From NCBI RefSeq assembly GCF_018977255.1, contig NW_024704801.1:211856-250000 (forward strand): a stretch of DNA of 38,145 nucleotides, read 5' to 3'. The position numbers and the translations under genes are program-made. The DNA is from Callorhinchus milii (lineage: Eukaryota). Below are positions 23,701 to 35,700 of the stretch, one piece after another. Numbering within the stretch: position 1 is the stretch's first letter; every line of letters begins with the position of its first letter. A model generated the notes under the pieces. It searched no databases. It saw nothing but the letters and a program-made list of their open reading frames with translations, and was not told the DNA's origin.

Positions 23701-26700
23701 CCACCAATAGGAGACGGTCTGGGCCAACCCTTGTTCAGCCTGGTTGGAGACCAGAAGCAAGGCTGGAAGAAGGCAGAAGCCATCTATAGAGGAAACGCAG
23801 ATATTCAGGTAGGCTGAAGTTCAGCTACATGTTTCTGATTAAAGGTCTGGTCAAGGGGAAGAGGTGCTTTCTTACGGGATGAGCAGGAGCCTTCAAGATC
23901 AGTACCTCTGTTAGTTGGCGCTTTGCAAATGTAATTTTGTATTTATTAGTTCACGGCAAAATTACAGCAACTGCTGACTGGAAAGCAATGACTTGGACTT
24001 CAAGGATCCTCTGGCACCTAAAATCTGGTGGTCGGCACATGGTTTCATCCCCACTATTGATAGACACGACTTCACTGGATATATTTTGTCCGTTTCCCGG
24101 TTGTGTTATTTGTGGAGTCCTGCAGCTTAGTGGTTAGAGCGCTCGCCTTACAATCCAGATGACTGGGTTTGATTCACGGGCAGGGCGAAACTTTGGGCAA
24201 GTTTCCTTGGGGGTAACAGGACTTTGTGGGACCCTTGTACATACATCTAAAGCACCTGAATCCCTTGTTTACATTCCAGCCTGTAATTCAATCATATTAT
24301 TCTAAATATAACTTTACATTGTATCCTGTGAAGCGCTTTGAGATGTCTCAAAGACATGAAAAGCGCTATACCAAATGCAAGGATTATTATTATTATTAGC
24401 GGAAAGTTGACCACCTTTACTGCTAACCGTCTGTTTCAAAGAGTTTCAGTGATTTTGAAATGATCCGCTATTTTCCAGTTCATAATTGAAGGTATCCGAG
24501 GTGAGACCCCAAAATCAGACATCGCCTTGGACAGTTTCTGTGTGGAAAAGTGCCAACCAGGTAAGATATTCCTCTCTATCAAGCGTCAGACTGCCTTTTA
24601 GATATGATCCTAATTTAAGTGTGTTATTTACAAATAACTGGGATTATGCTGCAAAACACGTGGATTATGTACACTATAATACTGCAAAGGCTGATAAGGG
24701 TCATGTGTAATAGAGCATGATCCCAGTTATTAATATTAACTCACTCCCAGCGATCCGTTATTCTATAAATAATCTCTAACCCTAAATTAAATTCCGGCCT
24801 GTTCGATTGGTAGTCTATAATTCACTCCGAGGAATGTTATTTTACAATAAAATATTGTTGTTACGATGCAGGATCCACAAGCACCACAACATCACCACCA
24901 ACTGGACCGACCACCACCAAAAATCCAGGTAGGAGCAACGATTGGATACTTAATTATATTCCAAGATGAGGTTATGTGACATTCTTCTGCACATGTAAAC
25001 CACCTGAATCCCTCAATTACACTCCAGTTTGTAACTCACTGTCAGGGAACTATTAATCTATATATGTAATCCCTAATAATGACATTCTGTCCGGTTGAGA
25101 GGTCTGTAATTCACTCCTAGGAATTGACATGTTATTTTATAATATTGTCTTTACGATGCAGGATCCACAAGCACCACAACATCACCAACAACTGGACCGA
25201 CCACCACCAAAAAACCAGGTCAGAGCAACGATTTGATACTTAATTATATCCCAGGATGAGGTTACGTGACATTCTTCTGTGCATCGAAACCGCCTGAATC
25301 CCCTGCCTCTCCCTTCAGGCCGCCCAAACCCTCATCCGCGCATTTGTTACATCTAGGCTCGACTATGCCAACTCCTTGCTTTGCGGCCTTCCCAACTCCT
25401 CCCTCCACAAGTCGCAGAAGATCCAGAACTCTGCAGCTCGTGTCCTCTCCTGCATCAGGCTCCGTGACCGCACCCTCACCAAACTCCAGCGGCTCCCCTT
25501 TCCTCAGAGGATAGAGTTCCCTGCCCGGCTCACCCCACTATCGGCGGTCAGGCCTTCAGCCTCTCTGCCCCCACCCCTTGTCATTTCATCCCACAGTCCC
25601 TTCACCTTGCTCTCTCTCTTGCCTCCTTCAAGGCACATCTGAAGACCGTCCTTTTCGTCCGTGCCTTCGGCCACCCTCCTTAGCCCTGCCCTCCACCCCT
25701 CCTGATCCCAACCCCCAGCTCGGGTCAAATCCCTCACTGTCCAGCAACTTGGGACATCCTCCTGACGTGAAAGGCCCTGTGTAAATGTAATTTGTTGTTG
25801 TTGTTGAATCCCTTGCTTACATTCCAGCCTGTAATATTGTCTTTACGATGCAGGAGTCACAACCACCACAAAATCACCACCAACTGGGCCGACCACCACC
25901 AAAAAACCAGGTAAGAGCAACGATTTGATACTTAATTATATCCCAGGATGAGGTTACGTGACATTCTTCTGTGCATCGAAACCGCCTGAATCCCTCAATC
26001 ACACTCCAGTTTGTAACTCACTGCTAGGGATCTGTTATTCTACACACATACCCATGTAACCAACTTGATAACGATTAGCCTATAAACCGTTTCAAGCACC
26101 AGTTGCTGAATATTGACTCATACATTCACTAAGACACTGCGTCTTTCTTTATTCGTGGAGTCCTGTTGTATAGTGGTTAGAGCACTCGCTTCGTAGCACA
26201 ACCGAGGACTAGGGTTCAATTCCTGGCCAGAGCAAAACATTGGGTAAGTTTTCTTACTCCACAAACCTGTTTACGTAGCAGTAATTCGGAACCCAGTTGT
26301 GAGTTGATTGGCAGATCACTTTTTTGGGGCATAATAACCCCTCCCCCAAAAAATAAAACAATAACTTGGTCACTCAATCCACAAATGTTTGTAGGACACT
26401 GCTGTGTGCAATTGGCTGCTGCGTTTTGCCCACAAAATAAGAGTTAATTCATTTTACAGTATATCCTCTGAAGCACTTAAGACACGTGTCGAAGACGTGA
26501 TAAGGCGCTGTATTTAATGCAACGATTATATATTATTGTAATTTCCTTTGTTGTGTGTTTCAGATTCCTGCCCACCCAATTCTCACTACGACCCCTGTGG
26601 TCCCACCTGTCCTCCCACCTGTGATAACCCAAAACCGAATTGTACAGCAAGTTGCGTGGCCGGCTGTTTCTGTGACCCTGGCTTCTTCCAAAATGGACAA

Positions 26701-29700
26701 GCATGTGTTCCTCAGGAGCAATGTGGTTGTAACTACGGAGGCAATTATTATGAGGTGAGGATGTCATCAGACCATTGATAAAAACTGTCTCCTATATCTG
26801 AATATCCAGCTGGAAAGAAGAATTTTTCTCCATCAACTTTCTCCCCTCCTCTCCTCATTGTGGAGTCCTGTCGTTCAGTGGTTAGAGCACTCGCCTCGCA
26901 AGTGAGAGGACCCAGGTTTGATTCCTGGGCGGGTCAGGTTAGGGCGAAACCTTAGGCAAGTTTCCTTACTCCACACACATCCCTCTGCTTACCTAGCAGT
27001 AAGTAGGAACCCAGTTGGTAGTTGATTGGCGGATTGCTTTTCGGGGGCAATAATCCCTAAAAAAAAATGATAATTTGGTCACTCAATCCATGACTGTTTG
27101 TAGAACACAGTTGTGTGCAATTGGCTGCCGCGTTTTGCCCACAAAATATACAGTCAATTCACTTTCCAGTATATACTGTATATAATGTGAAGCGCTTTGA
27201 GATATCCCGAAAACGTGATAAGGCTCTATACCAAATGCAAGGATTATTATCATTATTTCAGGCTCAGGCAATGTAATTTGTATGCCACTAATTGTAGGAA
27301 GTTATTCTTATTTGTTTTCCTGCTTCTAGCCTGGAGAAGTCATCTGGTCAGATGCCTGTACGTCTGTTTGCCATTGTCTTGGAAACTTCAGCATTCGCTG
27401 CACCAACACGAGCTGCGCCCCAGATGAATACTGTGGAGACAAAGATGGAGTCTATGGATGTCACCTCAAAGGTACAGTGAGATTTTGCTATTTCCTTCTT
27501 GGTGTTAAGTACTGAAATACATTACATCCCCGTCTCACTGGACTCCAGATATCTGGAAATAAAGAACATCCAGTTTGACTTCCACCATCCTGGCAGTTGT
27601 TTGACTGTTGTGTCCCAAACTATATACTATATCCTGAGATATTATTTATGGTACTTAGCCAGACATATTGGCAAAACATCCAATGTGTATGTTTCATTTC
27701 GATCCTGTTTCTTTCCTTTGTTATTGAGGACGTAACAAGAAGTGAAAAGCTAAACAGTGTGAACTTCCCCGTTACCTCCTCAGGGTCATCCACATGTACA
27801 GCATCTGGGGATCCCCACTACACCTCCTTTGATAAGAAGAAGTTTAATTTCCATGGAAACTGTACGTACGTCATGTCCCAGACCTGCAACTCCACGCAAA
27901 CTCCATTCTCTGTGTACGCATCCAATGAGCACAGGAACGGGAAAAAAACTGTGTCGTACGTGAAAGCCGTCTATGTGCAGGTGTACGGGATCACAGTGTC
28001 CATACTCAAGAAGAAAGTTGTCCAGGTGAGAAAAAGCTCCTCATCCACTACGATACCTGATCTCAGCTACTGACAGCACAACACAACACAGTATTTCAAT
28101 GCCCGACATTCAGTAGTCCGAGTGACTTTGAGAAACATTCCAACTGTCGTGCCCACCATCTGTTCATACGAATAATTTAAATGGAAACCGACTCTGTGTT
28201 AAACAGCACTGAGACTATTTACTGCAGCAACAATACTGACTGCCTTTGTTAATCAATGTTTGATTTCAGGTGAACGGAAAAACTGTGACTGTCCCAATCA
28301 ACCCGGTCCGTGAGGTCACCATCAAACCATCTGGCAAACATGTCGTCGTACAGACTGACTTTGGTCTGATCGTTAGATACGATGGCAAACATCATATGGA
28401 CATCAAGGTTCCCAGCAAGTAAGTCACTTCAGGACTCTTTGCTAATAACAATGACACTCTGAAGTTGCATATGCTTTCTGTTCTGTGCATATTTCACGTC
28501 TGTATGAATCACAGCTAAAGGCGTTATGTTATCTCTGTGCAGCTACGCTGACGAGCTGTGTGGCCTGTGCGGTGACTACAATGGAAGCCCCAGTGATGAC
28601 TTCAGGACTCCTGAGGGAAAGCTGGTGAAGGGCGTCAATGACTTTGGGAACAGCTGGAACGTGGACGACAAGTAAGTTTAAAAGCTTTGAAGACGATACT
28701 GGTTTCTTTGGTCTGTGAAGTACATGAATAAGTTGGTTAATATGTTCAGTTAAAGAATGTCTTGTCCCTCTGGACAACATCAAGCAGGATTGGCTAAAGA
28801 GATGAACATACAACCTTCTGTGTTGGCTAATGTTGGCTTAAAATGTTTGCCTTACTACCCAGCTGCACCAAGACTGACAGTGATGTGGACCCAGAGTGTA
28901 CTGAGGAAGAGACAGACAAATATGAAGGACCTGCCTACTGTGGGATATTGGTGGATCCATTCGGCCCCTTCGCTGCCTGTCACTACAAAATTGACCCCAT
29001 GGTATGTCCACTTCCTTATCTTAGCTCCTTTTCTTTCATTGCTTCATTTCCTCCCGTTCACCTCACCACCCAAACTTGTCACATAAAGAGCTTGTGATTA
29101 TCACCAAGAGACTCATGTGTCTTCACTATGAGAAGCATCAACATCTGAAGCTCCAATCTATTTTCTTCCAACAGTCCTTCTTCAACGACTGTGTGTACGA
29201 CATGTGTGAGCTGGACGGCAGTAAGACGGAGCTGTGCGACGCTTTGGAGGCCTATGTCAATGAGTGTCAGCAACGCAACATCACCATCGATTCCTGGAGA
29301 AACAGCACCTTCTGCCGTACGTACCAATGAGAGTGATTATCAGTGTAAACGCCAAATCAATTTTAAAACAGCGATTCTTCACATGCTTCTCTGTGCCTGT
29401 TCTCTCCAGCTCTCACATGCCCACCTAACAGCCACTACGAACCCTGTACGTCAGCCTGTCCAGCCACCTGCCTTAACCCTACACCTCCTTCCTGCGACCT
29501 CCCCTGTGTGGAAGGCTGTCAGTGCGATAAAGGATTTGTACTGAGCGGAGACCAGTGTGTGCCCAAAAAACAATGTGGCTGTTTTTACAACGGAACCGAA
29601 TATCAGGTAATGTCACAAGGAATTCTTGCAAATCTGAGCAGTCAAATTCAGGCATTAAGCACTAGACATTGCATCGGTTTTGTTGCAGGTTTTTGCATTT

Positions 29701-32700
29701 AGTTTTTTCTTTCCAGTCATTGTAGTCACTCTCCCTCAATCCCTCCGCTTTGCCTTCTCCTTCCCCATCTTCACATCGCTCCAGAAGACATTCCTCTTCG
29801 ACCGTGCCTACAGTCACCTCCCCCCAGTTCGGCATCGTGCTCCGCCACTGTCAAGCGCTCTGGGACGCTACCCTGCATGAGGGGTGCTATATAAATGCAA
29901 GTTGGTGGTGGTGGTGTAATTCTGATTGATTTCTCCGTTTGCAGCCAGGTGAGGTGATCTGGTCTAAGGCCTGTGACCAAGTGTGTAAGTGTCAGTCGAG
30001 CAATAACATTGAGTGCAAAGATACAAGCTGTGATCCGGACGAGTACTGCGGCAGTGAAGGTGGTGTTCAGGGCTGTTACCCTAAAGGTAAACGGGGCCAA
30101 CACTTTAACCGTCATTAACTTCCTTTCCAATGTTCCATCATTTCATTCCTGCTTCTTTCCTTTGCAATTGGGAGAGAAATCACCAAGAAATGTAAAGCTA
30201 AACAGTGTGAACTTCACCCTCAGGTTCATCCACATGTACAGCATCTGGAGATCCCCACTACACCTCCTTTGACAAGAAGAAGTTTAATTTCCATGGAAAC
30301 TGTACGTACGTCATGTCCCAGACCTGCAACTCCACACAAACCCCATTCGCTGTGTACGCATCCAACGAGCACAGGAATAAGAAAAAGACTGTGACGTACG
30401 TGAAAGCCGTCTATGTGGAGGTGTACGGCATCACAGTGTCCATACTCAAGAAGAAGGTTGTCCAGGTGAGACAAGAGCTCCTCATCCACAATACCTAATC
30501 TCAGCTACTGACAGCAGTTACACAACACCTACAGTAGTCCAATACCCCACATTCAGTATTCCGAGTGACTTTGAGAAAGATTACAACTGTCCTGTCCTCT
30601 AACTGTTCATACGATTAATTCAAATAGGAAACCAACTCTGTGTTAAACAGCATTGAGGCTATTTACTGCAGCAACGGCAGCAATAATATTGATTACCTGT
30701 GTTAATCAATGTTTTGATTTCAGGTGAACGGAAAAACTGTGACTGTCCCAATCAACCCAGTCCGTGAGGTCACCATCAAACCATCCGGCAAACATGTCGT
30801 CGTACAGACTGACTTTGGTCTGATCGTTAGATACGATGGCAATCATCACATGGACATCAAGGTTCCCAGCGAGTAAGTCACTACAGGACTCGTTGCTAAT
30901 AACAATGACACTCTGAAGTTGCATCTGCTTTCTGTTCTGTGCATATTTCTCGTCTGTATGAATCACAGCTAAAGGCGTTATGTTATCTCTGTGCAGCTAC
31001 GCTGACGAGCTGTGTGGCCTGTGCGGTGACTACAATGGAAGCCCCAGTGATGACTTCAGGACTCGTGAGGGAAAGCTGGTGAAGGGCGTCAATGACTTTG
31101 GGAACAGCTGGAACGTGGACGACAAGTAAGTTTAAAAGCTTTGAAGACGATACTGGTTTCTTTGGTCTGTGAAGTACACGAATATGTTGGTTAATATGTT
31201 CAGTTAAAGAATGTCTTGTCCCTCTGGACAACATCAAGCAGGATTGGCGAAAGAGATGAACGTACAACCTTCTGTGTGTTGGCTAATGTTGGCTTAAAAT
31301 GTTTGCCTTACTACCCAGCTGCACCAAGACTGACAGTGATGTGGACCCAGAGTGTACTGAGGAAGAGACAGACAAATATGAAGGACCTGCCTACTGTGGG
31401 ATATTGGTGGATCCATTCGGCCCCTTCGCTGCCTGTCACTACAAAATTGACCCCATGGTATGTCCACTTCCTTGTCTTAGCTCCTTTTCTTTCATTGCTT
31501 CATTTCCTCCCGTTCACCTCACCACCCAAACTTGTGACATAAAGGGCTTGTGGTTATCACCAAGAGACTCATGTGTCTTCACTATGAGAAGCATCAACAT
31601 CTGAAGCTCCAATCTATTTTCTTCCAACAGTCCTTCTTCAACGACTGTGTGTACGACATGTGTGAGCTGGACGGCAGTAAGACGGAGCTGTGCGACGCTT
31701 TGGAGGCCTATGTCAATGAGTGTCAGCAACGCAACATCACCATCGATTCCTGGAGAAACAGCACCTTCTGCCGTACGTACCAATGAGAGTGATTATCAGT
31801 GTAAACGCCAAATCAATTTTAAAACAGCGATTCTTCACATGCTTCTCTGTGCCTGTTCTCTCCAGCTCTCACATGCCCACCTAACAGCCACTACGAACCC
31901 TGTACGTCAGCCTGTCCAGCCACCTGCCTTAACCCTACACCTCCTTCCTGCGACCTCCCCTGTGTGGAAGGCTGTCAGTGCGATAAAGGATTTGTACTGA
32001 GCGGAGACCAGTGTGTGCCCAAAAAACAATGTGGCTGTTTTTACAACGGAACCGAATATCAGGTAATGTCACAAGGAATTCTTGCAAATCTGAGCAGTCA
32101 AATTCAGGCATTAAGCGCTGGACATTGCATCGGTTTTGTTGAAGGTTTTTGCATTTAGTTTTTTCTTTCCAGTCATTGTAGTCACTCTCCCTCAATCCCT
32201 CCGCTTTGCCTTCTCCTTCCCCATCTTCACATCGCTCCAGAGGACATTCCTCTTCGACCGTGCCTACAGTCACCTCCCCCCAGTTTGGCATCGTGCTCCG
32301 CCATTGTCAAGCACTCTGGGACGCTACCCTGCATGAGGGGTGCTATATAAATGCAAGTTGTTGGTGGTGGTGTAATTCTGATTGATTTCTCCGTTTGCAG
32401 CCAGGAGAGGTGATCTGGTCTAAGGCCTGTGACCAAGTGTGTAAGTGTCAGTCGAGCAATAACATTGAGTGCAAAGATACAAGCTGTGATCCGGACGAGT
32501 ACTGCGGCAGTGAAGGTGGTGTTCAGGGCTGTTACCCTAAAGGTAAACGGGGCCAACACTTTAACCGTCATTAACTTCCTTTCCAATGTTCCATCATTTC
32601 ATTCCTGCTTCTTTCCTTTGTCATTGGGAGAGAATTCACCAAGAAATGTAAAGCTAAACAGTGTGAACTTCACCCTCAGGTTCATCCACATGTACAGCAT

Positions 32701-35700
32701 CTGGAGATCCCCACTACACCTCCTTTGATAAGAAGAAGTTTAATTTCCATGGAAACTGTACGTACGTCATGTCCCAGACCTGCAACTCCACACAAACCCC
32801 ATTCGCTGTGTACGCATCCAACGAGCACAGGAATAAGAAAAAGACTGTGACGTACGTGAAAGCCGTCTATGTCGAGGTGTACGGCATCACAGTGTCCATA
32901 CTCAAGAAGAAGGTTGTCCAGGTGAGACAAGAGCTCCTCATCCACAATACCTAATCTCAGCTACTGACAGCAGTTACACAACACCTACAGTAGTCCAATA
33001 CCCCACATTCAGTATTCCGAGTGACTTTGAGAAAGATTACAACTGTCCTGCCCTCTAACTGTTCAAACGATTAATTCAAATAGGAAACCAACTCTGTGTT
33101 AAACAGCATTGAGGCTGTTTACTGCAGCAACGGCAGCAATAATATTAATTACCTGTGTTAATCAATGTTTTGATTTCAGGTGAACGGAAAAACTGTGACT
33201 GTCCCAATCAACCCAGTCCGTGAGGTCACCATCAAACCATCCGGCAAACATGTCGTCGTACAGACTGACTTTGGTCTGATCGTTAGATACGATGGCAATC
33301 ATCACATGGACATCAAGGTTCCCAGCGAGTAAGTCACTTCAGGACTCGTTGCTAATAACAATGACACTCTGAAGTTGCATCTGCTTTCTGTTCTGTGCAT
33401 ATTTCACGTCTGTATGAATCACAGCTAAAGGCGTTATGTTATCTCTGTGCAGCTACGCTGACGAGCTGTGTGGCCTGTGCGGTGACTACAATGGAAGCCC
33501 CAGTGATGACTTCAGGACTCGTGAGGGAAAGCTGGTGAAGGGCGTCAATGACTTTGGGAACAGCTGGAACGTGGACGACAAGTAAGTTTAAAAGCTTTGA
33601 AGACGATACTGGTTTCTTTGGTCTGTGAAGTACACGTATAAGTTGGTTAATATGTTCAGTTAAAGAATGTCTTGTCCCTCTGGACAACATCAAGCAGGAT
33701 TGGCGAAAGAGATGAACATACAACCTTCTCTGTGTTGGCTAATGTTGGCTTAAAATGTTTGCCTTACTACCCAGCTGCACCAAGACTGACAGTGATGTGG
33801 ACCCAGAGTGTACTGAGGAAGAGACAGACAAATATGAAGGACCTGCCTACTGTGGGATATTGGTGGATCCATTCGGCCCCTTCGCTGCCTGTCACTACAA
33901 AATTGACCCCATGGTATGTCCACTTCCTTATCTTAGCTCCATTTCTTTCATTGCTTCATTTCCTCCCGTTCACCTCACCGCCCAAACTTGTGACATAAAG
34001 AGCTTGTGATTATCACCAAGAGACTCATGTGTCTTCACTATGAGAAGCATCAACATCTGAAGCTCCAATCTATTTTCTTCCAACAGTCCTTCTTCAACGA
34101 CTGTGTGTACGACATGTGTGAGCTGGACGGCAGTAAGACGGAGCTGTGCGACGCTTTGGAGGCCTATGTCAATGAGTGTCAGCAACGCAACATCACCATC
34201 GATTCCTGGAGAAACAGCACCTTCTGCCGTACGTACCAATGAGAGTGATTATCAGCGTAAACGCCAAATCAATTTTAAAACAGCGATTCTTCACATGCTT
34301 CTCTGTGCCTGTTCTCTCCAGCTCTCACATGCCCACCTAACAGCCACTACGAACCCTGTACGTCAGCCTGTCCAGCCACCTGCCTTAACCCTACACCTCC
34401 TTCCTGCGACCTCCCCTGTGTGGAAGGCTGTCAGTGCGATAAAGGATTTGTACTGAGCGGAGACCAGTGTGTGCCCAAAAAACAATGTGGCTGTTTTTAC
34501 AACGGAACCGAATATCAGGTAATGTCACAAGGAATTCTTGCAAATCTGAGCAGTCAAATTCAGGCATTAAGCGCTGGACATTGCATCGGTTTTGTTGCAG
34601 GTTTTTGCATTTAGTTTTTTCTTTCCAGTCATTGTAGTCACTCTCCCTCAATCCCTCCGCTTTGCCTTCTCCTTCCCCATCTTCACATCGCTCCAGAAGA
34701 CATTCCTCTTCGACCGTGCCTACAGTCACCTCCCCCCAGTTTGGCATCGTGCTCCGCCACTGTCAAGCGCTCTGGGACGCTACCCTGCATGAGGGGTGCT
34801 ATATAAATGCAAGTTGGTGGTGGTGGTGTAATTCTGATTGATTTCTCCGTTTGCAGCCAGGAGAGGTGATCTGGTCTAAGGCCTGTGACCAAGTGTGTAA
34901 GTGTCAGTCGAGCAATAACATTGAGTGCAAAGATACAAGCTGTGATCCGGACGAGTACTGCGGCAGTGAAGGTGGTGTTCAGGGCTGTTACCCTAAAGGT
35001 AAACGGGGCCAACACTTTAACCGTCATTAACTTCCTTTCCAATGTTCCATCATTTCATTCCTGCTTCTTTCCTTTGTCATTGGGAGAGAATTCACCAAGA
35101 AATGTAAAGCTAAACAGTGTGAACTTCACCCTCAGGTTCATCCACATGTACAGCATCTGGAGATCCCCACTACACCTCCTTTGACAAGAAGAAGTTTAAT
35201 TTCCATGGAAACTGTACGTACGTCATGTCCCAGACCTGCAACTCCACACAAACCCCATTCGCTGTGTACGCATCCAACGAGCACAGGAATAAGAAAAAGA
35301 CTGTGACGTACGTGAAAGCCGTCTATGTGGAGGTGTACGGCATCACAGTGTCCATACTCAAGAAGAAGGTTGTCCAGGTGAGACAAGAGCTCCTCATCCA
35401 CAATACCTAATCTCAGCTACTGACAGCAGTTACACAACACCTACAGTATTCCAATACCCCACATTCAGTATTCCGAGTGACTTTGAGAAAGATTACAACT
35501 GTCCTGCCCTCTAACTGTTCATACGATTAATTCAAATAGGAAACCAACTCTGTGTTAAACAGCATTGAGGCTATTTACTGCAGCAACGGCAGCAATAATA
35601 TTGATTACCTGTGTTAATCAATGTTTTGATTTCAGGTGAACGGAAAAACTGTGACTGTCCCAATCAACCCAGTCCGTGAGGTCACCATCAAACCATCCGG

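Larger units (their letters stand above)
20590..24400 (+). mobile_element. Series of sense-strand intronic SINEs (~20590-20960, 21930-22170, 22404-22940, 23316-23700, 24114-24400)
   Basis: Each has a gtggttagagc head and/or family core and tail. They lie between the exons. Confidence 0.85.
24800..26040 (+). repeat. Triplicated mucin exon plus flanking intron cassette
   Basis: ttacgatgcag-exon-gagcaacgatt(g/t)gatacttaattatat...gtgacattcttctg recurs three times. Confidence 0.9.

Noticed and set aside
20590-26940. tRNA-like sequences (GTGGTTAGAGC...GGTTCGATTCC)
   Set aside because: They are SINE heads continuing into the SINE body and lack a proper acceptor stem, so they are not tRNA genes.
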